This document shows, one piece after another, positions 49,866-61,322 of a stretch of 64,000 bases of DNA. Numbering within the stretch: the stretch's first letter is position 1; the number at the start of each line of letters is the position of its first letter. Source of the DNA: Antedon mediterranea (Eukaryota > Animalia > Echinodermata); assembly GCF_964355755.1 (NCBI RefSeq), contig NC_092675.1:26632912-26696911 (forward strand), read 5' to 3'. The position numbers and the translations under genes are program-made. The notes beneath the pieces were generated by a model. It saw only the letters and a program-made list of their open reading frames with translations, was not told where the DNA came from and did no database searches.

Positions 49866-52800
49866 ATGTTTAGTGGATGGTTTGATTGGTTTACAAATAT
49901 ACTTAGCTTTTTAGGTGAGTAAATTTTTAGTAGATATATTTTTCAGATTTTGAATCTTCTTATACAGTAATTTAAGTAATAAAATAAATATTTGGTGCCA
50001 TTATCAAACTGTACTGTACATATTGTACTGTAAGAAGCACTACAGTAATTTGGTGCCATTATCAAACTGTACTGTACATATTGTACTGTAAGAAGCACTA
50101 CAGTAATTTGGTGCCATTATCAAACTGTACTGTACATATTGTACTGTAAGAAGCACTACAGTAATTTGGTGCCATTATCAAACTGTACTGTACATATTGT
50201 ACTGTAAGAAGCACTACAGTAATTTAGTGCCATTATCAAACTGTACTGTACATATTGTACTGTAAGAAGCACTACAGTAATTTGGTGCCATTATCAAACT
50301 GTACTGTACATATTGTACTGTAAGAAGCACTACAGTAATTTGGTGCCATTATCAAACTGTACTGTACATATTGTACTGTAAGAAGCACTACAGTAATTTG
50401 GTGCCATTATCAAACTGTACTGTACATATTGTACTGTAAGAAGCACTACAGTAATTTGGTGCCATTATCAAACTGTACTGTACATATTGTACTGTAAGAA
50501 GCACTACAGTAATTTGGTGCCATTATCAAACTGTACTGTACATATTGTACTGTAAGAAGCACTACAGTAATTTGGTGCCATTATCAAACTACTGTACATA
50601 TTGTACTGTAAGAAGCACTACAGTAATTTGGTGCCATTATCAAACTGTACTGTACATATTGTACTATAAGAAGCACTACAGTAATGTTGTACAGTACTTA
50701 TTATTATACTGTGCATCTCTTATTCTTCATAATTCCTCGGCTGCTGTTAGTTTGTATTTTATTCATCCATATAATTCCTAAGAGATCTTTGCTATCTACT
50801 GTACTGTAGTTCAAAATCTGTATTACTCAGTCCGTCCATCCGTCAACAAAGCATTATGGTTTTTCGTTTCTTTTCCTTTGGCCTCTGTCGTCCTTTGGAA
50901 TGGTTTGCCCATCTCTATTCATAGGGCTACTACAATCGCTTGTTTTAAGGCTGCTCTGAAAACTCACCTTTTTAACTCTTTTTTTTCTCTTAAGCTCACT
51001 ATCATTATGTGACAAAACAAATGTTATGTGCCCATATATGGACATGATGATTGTCATATCACTACAATATTTGGTCATATCACTACAATATTTTGGCATA
51101 CAGTATCACAACTTTTTTATTAAACTAGATTGTGTAGACAGAGCTTCTGTTTTCTGCTTTTTATTTCTTTTGTTAAAAAGCGCTTTGAAGCTTTGCATAA
51201 TGCACTATATAAGTCCCAATTATTATTACTGCAATTTTAAGATGTTTTCTGTTGTGTGAAATGATAATAATATTATACCATACTTATTTACAGGTTTATA
51301 TAAAAAAACTGGCAAGTTAGTATTTTTAGGCCTAGACAATGCAGGAAAGACAACATTACTACACAGATTAAAAGATGACCGAATGGCTCAACATGTCCCC
51401 ACATTACATCCAAGTAAGTCGCTCTTAAATTATTTAAATTTTTTTTTTTGAAGTAATACTTTAAGATTACAATTGTGAACTATTATTGCATTTTTATAAA
51501 TTATTAATTTCCAACAATATCTTTGTAATAAGTTACCCTTTAATGCAACAGCGACCAAAGTTGCTTACAGAATTGATAAATAAAAAACACAATACAGTAT
51601 AAAGATAAGACTTATTTGGTAGAATTCAAAATAACTCTTATTACAATAACGATTAAGGAATTTCAACAAAATATTTAATCATTCTAACATTCTTTTTAAT
51701 TTCTGTTATTGTACAGCTTCAGAAGAACTTCAAATAGGTGGGATGCGTTTCACAACATTTGACCTTGGAGGTCATCAACAAGCACGCCGTATTTGGAAAG
51801 ACTATTTGCCGGCTGTAGAAGGTATTGTATTCCTGGTGGACGCAGCTGACCGAGAACGACTTATGGAATCAAAAGAAGAATTAGATGTAAGTCTGAACAT
51901 CTGTTGAGAATAATTATTTGTAGAAGGAAAAAAATGTGAATATTTTCTCTCAATTATTCCAAAAAATACCAATACCAACAGTCAAGCGTGCATGTACTAT
52001 ATATATATATATATATTTTTGACCATATTAATGAGGGTGATCCATCCATCAATTGCTGATCATTAGGGACCCTCACAGGTTCACAAGACAAACTTATACA
52101 CAAGATGCTCTACATAAGTCGTATTACAAGTCTTTGTGAGTGGATTTTTTAATTTTGTCCTGACATGCAACAGGAATTAAACCCAGGACCCTGGGAGTGG
52201 TAGCCAAGCATCATAACCACCAAGCTACAACTCCACTCTATTTCAATCAGCAAAGTTGATCTTGTGCCCTAGAAATGGGGAGGTGTTACTATTACCTTAC
52301 CCTACCCTACCTTACCCCCCTTAAGAAAGGTTAAACAAGTACTTCCAGTACTTGCTTAAAACATATATATATGGGATTTGGATTTGAAGAGTGCAAAATA
52401 CAGGGAGCTAAAGTAACTGTTCAGGTGTTTTCCCATCTCTAACATAAATTTTATTTATGTTACAATATTGAGAACACTATTATCATGTTGAAGTGACATA
52501 TTTTGTAATTTGTAAAGTTTTGTGTTTTTCCATTACAGAGCCTAATGACTGACGAACAAGTTGCCAATGCACCTATTATGATCCTAGGAAATAAGATAGA
52601 TTGTCCAACTGCATGTAGTGAAAATGACTTGCGTTCTATATTGGGCCTTCATGGACAAACAACAGGCAAGGTATGAACACCTCAGTCTTACAATTTCTAC
52701 TTGTCTGTGTTTTTGTATTGCTGATATATTTGATATTTACTAGAGGCATTTTCTGTACACAATCATAACAACCATTCATTATTCCTCCAAAATATCCATT

Positions 52801-52983
52801 TTCTAAGAATCCATTTTCTTGATTAAAAGTTTACAATCAACTGATTGATATGACTTTTTCTTTTTTCAGGGCACAGTTCCAATTAAGGATTTACCAGGAC
52901 GCCCCTTAGAGTTGTTTATGTGCAGCGTGCTGAAGCGACAAGGTTACGGAGATGGGTTTAGGTGGTTAGCTCAGTATATCTAA
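49866..52983 (+). CDS. SAR1: Small GTPase SAR1 (COPII), 5 coding exons, 194 aa
   Basis: Exons 49866-49914, 51294-51413, 51717-51886, 52539-52670 and 52870-52983. Motifs: [50 protein letters not shown]. Confidence 0.97.
49990..50684. repeat. 58-bp minisatellite, ~12 near-identical copies, in SAR1 intron
   Basis: Unit atttggtgccattatcaaactgtactgtacatattgtactgtaagaagcactacagta, head-to-tail. Confidence 0.97.
50993..51145. mobile_element. MITE family A copy (left TIR partly deleted)
   Basis: The internal sequence and right TIR TGTGTAGACAGAGCT match 1242-1408. Confidence 0.75.
52026..52240 (-). mobile_element. tRNA-derived SINE, second copy
   Basis: Alignable along its length to 3901-4131. Confidence 0.75.
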
Positions 52984-53206
52984 TTAGGTTACTTTTTGTA
53001 TGCATATCTTTAATCCAAGTTCCTAAAAATGAGAGGATAACTCTCATTAAGTTCAACAAAAGTAATAATAAACAAAATAAATTAATATACACATTTGTAC
53101 AAGTTGCAGTGAAAGTTTAAATGATTTTTAACTTAGCTGGTTTGGGTGCATTTGTGTTTTTTTAATTGAAGACAAAACAGTTAATTTGTAGCAGTGTGTG
53201 AATACT

Positions 53207-53328
53207 ACCTGATTGTTACCAAATGGATACAAAATGGCAACCTGATTGTTTCCAAGTGGATACAAAATTTGCAACCTGCTTGTTTCCAAATGGATACAAA
53301 GTGTTCATACAAATGGATACAAAATGGC
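53207..53328. repeat. ~30-bp degenerate tandem repeat in the SAR1 3' region
   Basis: The core caa(a/g)tggatacaaa occurs four times. Confidence 0.7.
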
Positions 53329-56300
53329 GGTAGATAATTTAAAGATTTGTTGGCACACTGACTTGATACTGATAGTATTAACATCACTATTCAACTTTTT
53401 AGAGATACCTCATTTCATCATCTTAAACATAAACAAAACTTGCTACTGTTTTAAGAAAACAATTTTAATATAGTTTAGCCGGTTTACAAAACAAGAGAAC
53501 AATTTAATTTTCTGCAGTGAGGTGGCACTGTAAATTACAGAAAGTAAAATACATGCCAATTATTTGTTTAAAACATGGTACATGAAGAACTATATTGTTT
53601 TCATTCTAAAAATAATGTATATTACAGTAATAAAAAAATAAGAAATGGATTTGTCGGTCTTTTATCTATATTATCTTTTTTGTTTTGATACAACCACAAT
53701 AATCAGCCGGTTCTTGTTACTGTGTCTACAATTAGTCTATTTTGTAGGCAAGTTCCTTGACACATGTGAAGTTTGTATCATGAGAACAATGTTGCTGTAT
53801 TTAACCTAACCTTTAAAATGATTCAGTTTTAAACAACATGTGATTCACATGTAATGGTGTATAGAACTTGCTATGAAACTGGAGAGATAATAATAGGTAT
53901 GGAGAACCAGGTTTAATATTAAAAATATAATTTTCATTTATGGAAAGTTTTATTATGTTGTGGTTGTATATACAAATTGTACCCATTTATATTGTGGAGA
54001 TACTTACATATTTTAAGTCCATTACAGAAATATTTTTGAGCTGATATCTATTTATCTTCCTTACATTATATTCATTGTATATTATATTATCTATGTTTAT
54101 GACATATAATAATTTTGTATTAGTAACATTGGTAATAACATAATAATAATAATAATAATTAAATTTTAGCACAAAAATGCAGAGCAACTGTGAGCTAGGA
54201 TACATTGTTGTGCATGCTATTCATTTGAATATGCAGGTGTATGTGCTTATATGAAATTTGAAGACATTTAAATAAATTTGCATACATGTAATAATTTGAA
54301 TACAAAGGGAAATGCAAATAAGTTTAAATATTTGATTTTGTTCAATGCATAGTAACATTTGCATTGCAAATTTGCACACTTGAATAATTTGCATACATGT
54401 GATAAATAATTGTCTAAGAAGAATATGTTGCTTTTCCCTTTATATTTGTTGAGATAAAAATATAATAATATTAAATAAAAAATTATTCAATTTACCAATT
54501 TCATGATTGTAAGTATTTTGTGAATACATACGAACATTTTGAAGGTGCTGCATGAAATAGTCCTGTTTTTTAAAAACCAACACATATAAAAGATTGTTTA
54601 ATTATATTATTTTGGGTTTTCTTTTCTGGTTTAAGTTATGCAGATTTTTATATCGTGCCACAGTCAAATAAGCACCCAATCAACTAAAATGTTTTTCACA
54701 TCGTTGTAGTAAGCACAAATATTTATTGTGACTTAATACTTAATTTCCAGGTAGTTCCAACAAAATAAATGATCACTCCAGTTGAAATTATTACTGAAAC
54801 TTGTTATGAGAATATGTTCAATATTTTAAGTTTAAGTGACACGTACATATGATGCTTTAGTATATTTATTAGATTATTGTAGCCTTATTGTGTTGAGCCT
54901 ATTAACAAGTTCAAAATACCATTGAGTTTAATACTAAAAGTACATATTAATTTACACAAAGTCAATGAAAAGGTATTTAGGGCTACTACTGGACGATAAA
55001 AAATGACTATAAATAAATGTTTTCAGAATTTCATCCTAGAAGCATGGACCTATAAATTAATAGGTCCAATTTATAGGTCCATTCTTGAACCATAGGCCAA
55101 CCATTTAGGCCTTTACTGTTTTCACTAAGAAATGAAATTTCATTATCAGTAAAGATTAAAATTCATCAATTTATAGTCATTCGTTGTATAAACATACTAA
55201 GGGCAACAGGTACAAATACATAGGCTTACTGCTGAGCTTCATTTATAAGTACCACTTGGCGCTTTAAGCAGTACCAAGTAATTTTGTTTATCTGGAACAT
55301 GGTGGTGTTTTTTGCTTGGTAGTATAAAACAGATTATTTTTTATTGTTTTTTCATCATAATAAATAAGATCATATTAAAATGAATTTGAAAGTAATATTT
55401 GTTTTTAAAAGTTGTGTTAACTGTTTTATCTAAATATTGAAAACAGAGATTTTCAGTTTTACGGTGTAAAAGATTAAGTAACAGAATATTATGGTAGTCT
55501 TGCTTGCAAACCAGAGTTGTCATATAGGAAGCTATCACAACCAACGAATTGATTTAAAATGTCCCAGGGACGTTGCCACTGGTATGGTTGGTAAGGTTTC
55601 AACCTGACCGCTTTTTCACAGAGGCCTTTGACAACCCAGTGGCTTGAACAGATATTTTTCCCATTTCTTGTGAAAATATTTTGAAGAAAATAGGGGGCTT
55701 CTTTTCGAGATGGGTTCCCTTGGCTTCATTTCAAGGTTTCCAGTATGCAGTTGTTTATTTAGATTTCTTTTATTATTAATGCACATTAAATAATATTTCA
55801 CAACTGCTTTATAGTAAATTACTGGGAAAAAATTGCTGTACCAGATCTCAAAAGATAAAATACAATGTGTGGTAGCTGTCACACATTAAACAATACTCGC
55901 ACTTTATTAATATTTTATTGAAAACAAAATTAAATATGAGCATTCATGTCATTTTTTAAAATTCATAAAACTAATGTTTACAGTATTCTAAAATAAATAC
56001 ATTTGAAAAAAACATAAAATTGAATAATTTAGTAAAAGTCTGTCTGAATTTTACTATAATTTTATTTAAGTACTTATCCCAACAATTCCATACAATTGGA
56101 ATGTATTATTTTATTAGCCAAGGATTACATAGTGAATTCAATCGATGGTATAATATTAATCAGCCAAGGAGGGAATTCAATTAATGGTAGGCCTATATAT
56201 ATTCACAGGACAACCACATTAAATATGTTTTTAACATTTCATAGTTAAAATGTAAATTAAAAATTTGATTTCATACAGTAACAATAACATAGAAACATGT

Positions 56301-56873
56301 TTTTCTTAATAAGAATAATAAAACCATTTACTTAATTAAAACATATCATCTAGAATGTGCTAGGGAAATTAAAGCTTTGTTATAAGGAGCATGAAAAGTA
56401 CTGGTTATCTAAAATAAATATTTTATTCATGGCTCAGATATAACTTATATGTTATAGTCTGTTCGCCCATTATACTTTAACATTAACTGTGCACGAAAGA
56501 CAAAAATAAAACACAATTGTTCTTCTCCACTATAATAACACTATAACAGGGGTGGATCCATGAGTTTTGTAAAGGGAATTTGCATGAAAAATAGACTTGA
56601 GTAGGGGTGTCTAAGCTTTTTGAAGGACACACCCTTGATTTATAGACGCACCCCTTTGTGCCATCATGCTTTGACAATTTTGGTGTTTATTTCATTACCT
56701 ATAAATTTAATTAACATAAAGTAATACAAAAAGTTAATAAATTCATTTTTTCTGTCAAGGAGTGCGTGCGACTTTAGCACAAGCCCCTGTATCCACTCCA
56801 GCATATTGTTGACAAGATAAGTGTGAAATGTTAATGTACATTGCTTTTTATGACGTGACATTAGTAAAGATAA

Positions 56874-59800
56874 TTACAGACTTCTGTCTGAAGGCTTCTT
56901 GTATGTCATATTTATGTAATCAAAAATATCTTCCTCACTACTGACTGGTAGTGGTTCTCCAGGAATTCCTAAAAGAAAAAAAAAACATAAAAATAGTAAT
57001 AAATTATAATTATATTTTTCCTTACTGTGTCACTTATTTGTTCTGTAATTAGCTATTCATTATAATATTATTATTGTTTCTACATCTTTATAAGCCATTG
57101 CGGTTTCTGTGGAACCTTTTCATCTTTAATTTAAGATGAATAAAGTGTTATTTATTAATTTGAAAACATTTAGTCTATAATTATAAAGAATAAATAAATA
57201 AATGTGCTTAAAAAAAAAGCCCATATCTGTTAAGTGTTGGTTTAATATATTAATATCTATTATTTATAGTCAATACACAAGATTTAAATCAAAATAAATA
57301 ACATAATTTTCATACCAGTGCTTCCCATTGGTCGAATTGTATATTCATTAATTGTAAATCCTTCTTCCAATGCCTTTCCTCTCATTTGTTTATTAAAGAC
57401 ATCACTACCGGTAAAATACAGAGTGCCACAGAAGTACTGATCGTTAGGTATTAGCCTAATATCAATTCTTCTATATAGACGCTCTCCTTTTGGGTTTTCA
57501 TCGTCTTTTGGAAGTCTGCAAACACCCTATAAAATGATTTAAAAATAAATATTATTTATTAATGTATGTATTATAAAAAAAAAACCTTTATCTCCTCCTA
57601 AACCACACAACCGTTATTTGTGCTGTTTTTTTTTTGGCGAAATGTAGATTTTAGACCAATTTCTTGGAAATGCTGTTTTTGGCAATTCCCAGTCGTTTTC
57701 TCTATGCCATGATCAAGTCACAGAGAGGTCATTGAAGAGAGCAAGCATGGTCTGTATAGCAGCTGCTGTAGCACCTTGTTCGGATTATACAACGATGTCA
57801 ACGATTTTAACTTTTATATGAATTTTATATAATCATTGTAAATTTTTATGCCTTTAATATATTTTATGTCATTTGAATATTTTATGTGTTGTACTGTATG
57901 TTTGTTTTATCGAGGGCCCTGAATGATCAGTTCTATTAGGAACTGGATAGGCTACCCTCAGTAAATATGGTAATAAATAAATAAATACAACAAATTCACT
58001 ATTTAGATGGTGCCCATCCATTGGTAAATATTTACCATCGGTAATCTCTAGTTTTATATAATGTTTGCTTATTAAACAATAATAATTAATAATAATAAAA
58101 TATAATTGTAAAGTTGATGTACCATGAATTTAGTATCACCAATAGAAATAGTTTCTGTAACAAAATTAGATTCTTTCATTGCTTCTACCACATTGCGAAG
58201 TAGTTCCGGCTTTTTATCATCAGTGGATGAATACGATTCATGTGCAAGAAGGCAATCAATATCACCACTTGATTTAGCACCTCTTCTGTAACTTCCACAT
58301 ATTGTCGCAATATAGTCCTTATCAACACCTTTAATTTCTTTAAGCATTATGCTCTCAAGCTGTTCCATTTCTGAGCGGGGTATTCTTTTTTCAAAGTCTT
58401 CAAAGTGCCTATAATAGGGTGAATAAAACATATATGTGTTATTTTTTTCAATCAGATTTTTTGCAATATGACATCAAGTCTGCGTAGTCAATTCGAAGTG
58501 CCCTTTAAAACTAGAGACAATAGAAATGATAGTAAATAGGCCTAACTTGCCTTTCCCATGATGTTTCTTGCCCTTTTGTGAAAAAACAAACTCTCTTTAA
58601 AATCCTGGCTACAGGCTTGGACGTAATACAAAACTCTTACTTAATAAGTATAACAAAAAGTAAGAACAAATCACAATGCATTTAGGATTTCCTTACTGAC
58701 TGCTAAAATATTGAAACACTTTACAAACCTTAAACCAATCTTCTGATGGTGATTAAGTCTGTCAACATTTTCCCTTAATTCTGAAAATAAAATAAAGAAT
58801 GATGAATTAAATTAGAGGTACATTTTGTACATACATAATCATTAAGCTTCTTGATGGCAATTACAGTAATACATTGATCTCTAAATATGGCCCTATTTCA
58901 AAAGGGTCTTGATATATTAAGGGGTCCCAAACTACTAAGTGCATGTTTCAAAAGAATGAAGGGGTACCAAACTATTAAGGTCTGGGTCATCACATACTAT
59001 TAGATACAAAGTTATAAGGAGGCACAAATTATTCAGGATCGAGTCCTAAACTATCAAGGAGTTCAAAGCATGTAAGAAGTTCCAAACTATTAAGTCAGCA
59101 TATACTATTAGTTGATAAATTATTAAGGAGTCCACAACTATTAAGAAGTCCCAAACTAGTAAGGATTCCAAAGCAATTAAGTGGTTCCAAACTATTAAGT
59201 GGTCACATACTATTAGGTGATACATTATTAAGGAGTCCACAACTATTAAGGAGTCCAAACTATTAAGGATTCCAAAGCAATTAAGGGGTTCCCAACTATT
59301 AAGTGGTCACATACTATTAGGCGATAAATTATTAAGGAGTCCACAACTATTAAGGAGTCCCAAACTATTAAGGATTCCAAAGCAATTAAGGGGTTCCCAA
59401 CTATTAAGTGGTCACATACTATTAGGCGATAAATTATTAAGGAGTCCACAACTATTAAGGATTCCAAAGCAATTAAGGAATACAAAATGAATGATTAATG
59501 AATTATTATCAAATTATTGAATACCTTCAATTGTTGTAATGCCATCTTCAACAAGTTTCCTAGCAGCAGCTGGCCTAGAGTATTAGGTACAAGTCAAATG
59601 TGAGTATAGTACTTTAAATAAGAATTTATATAAAAGTTAATCAATTCAAATGTCAGTACATATGTGAGATTTTTACAAATGCTTGGTTCCCACTATGCAG
59701 CATGCGAGGACGTAAACGCAACGCAAGTACATTTTACCAATCACAAGTGATGGATTGTTCGAAATGTCGCTTGTCATTGGTCAACCTGCTTATTACATTG

Positions 59801-61018
59801 CGCTTATGTCCTTGTATCACATCCTGTACTGGGAGCCAAGATTAAAGAATTTCAATCAATTATTTGTCCACAAAATGTGTTTTTACCCAATTCCAGTCAC
59901 TCTTGTCATTAAGTTAATTGCTACACTGGTATCATCAGCTCGAATATTTTCAAGTTTTTGAAGTTTTCCTGTCTTCATAAATTCATCTATTTTCTTTCCG
60001 ATTTTGTCACCAATTCCATTCTAATTTGTCAAAATTAAAAAGAAAATTTACAGAGTGAAGAAGTTCAATTCTGTTTTTTTTTTATTTATCACATACTTTC
60101 TCATTTATAGGTTAGGCATTACAAATGTTTTTAAATAACTAAAATATCCTTATGGATAAATTCAGGGAAGAGTATGATTATCAATAACCTCACACTAACC
60201 TCAAGTTTAAATTTATTTATTGATCAATCACTTTTTTTTTATCAGTGGCACACACATGGTTAGTGTTGAAACCAAAATAAATAAATTAGTAAAACAATGA
60301 ATGGAAATGGAAAAATAGTCAAGAAAAGTACATTAGTAAATAAAGGTCAATAAGTGTGAAGTTTGTGAGAGGTGTGAAAGTTTCTAGTTATTGTCTAAAA
60401 TTCTGTCTTTACTAGGGAAGCAGTTGATGAATTAAAGAAAAGTTAGTTAAATAAAAAAGAGTTACGCTACCAATTTTCTTGCATCATCGCCATCAATTAC
60501 TCTTGTAGGATGTTTAGCCAACACACTAGCTGCTTTACGATAAGCATTATACTTGTGCATTGCTCGTGTAACATTCTTTTCATAGTTTGCAAGTTCTATA
60601 ATTGAAATTAATGAGAAGTCAAATAAATCAATAATACTGTACTGTAATATTAAAATAAATATTTTTTATTTAATATATTATATATTCTTAAAATATTTCC
60701 TAAAATAAATTGACCAGGTTTCTATAAATACAGTCGAAAAAAAATATTTAAAAATAGCTCAAAATTGCGAGGCTTATCTAGTAGCTAGGCCTAAGAACTA
60801 AGGCAAGTGTCCATTCAGCGAGGACCGCGGGCCATTCCTTCTTCTTTCGCCTGTCACATACTACCACAGAACATGCAACAATAGATCGAGCGACGAGGGC
60901 CTACCTAGCTAGGCCTAGGCTAGCCTAACTAAAATAAAAGTCTAACTAACTTACCAGTGAGAAAGTCAACAAAATCAGCGTTTGGATTTGCTCCTTGTGG
61001 TGCCTTTCGTTTACTCAT
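56874..61018 (-). CDS. POLB: DNA polymerase beta, 8 exons, 338 aa
   Basis: Exons 61018-60955, 60595-60471, 60020-59887, 59574-59525, 58780-58729, 58408-58123, 57526-57316 and 56968-56874 are in frame. Motifs: [17 protein letters not shown], Hh[40 protein letters not shown]. Confidence 0.97.
58910..59480. repeat. ~18-20-bp minisatellite with ~105-bp higher-order unit, in POLB intron
   Basis: The core (c)aactattaagga(g/t)tcc is repeated, and block 59255-59360 is duplicated at 59362-59465. Confidence 0.88.
59681..59841. mobile_element. MITE family B copy
   Basis: GCTTGGTTCCCACTA...TGGGAGCCAAG with an internal GGACGTAAACGCAACGCAAG matching 28888-29031. Confidence 0.75.
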
Positions 61019-61322
61019 AATTAGGGTTTGTTTAGATTAGTTTCGGGTAAGGTAATTCTAAGAACAGAGAGATTGTGTCTTGTCTCTGCTTGTTTTTAAA
61101 AAACACAAGAGAAAATAAACAAAGGAAAATCTAAAAACGGATCTCGTACGACCGGCAGAGGTTATTCACACGGCTGCCGTATAATTGATATGCATGACTG
61201 ACCTGACCTCCTGCAGGATAAAGAAAAGATAAACATTGTGTGACTGAAGAGTGGGCGCTGTGTGTTGGGCCTACGTGACTGTTGTTTAGTTGGTTTAGTT
61301 TCTCCCAAAACAACAATGGAAA
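61019..61322. promoter_or_regulatory. Bidirectional promoter/5'UTR region POLB/HIF1AN
   Basis: Only 304 bp separate the two divergent ATGs. Confidence 0.75.

Noticed and set aside
49990-50684. CRISPR-like array (also considered for 1-300 and 58910-59480)
   Set aside because: Head-to-tail repeats with no unique spacers, inside eukaryotic introns, with no cas genes.
56547-56781. Possible old hAT-like MITE (CAGGGGTGGATCCA...TGTATCCACTCCAG)
   Set aside because: The TIRs are imperfect, there is no clear TSD and only one copy is in the window, so it is too weak to call.
59046-59485. Repetitive ORFs (LIVVDSLII..)
   Set aside because: Translations of the intronic minisatellite in POLB.
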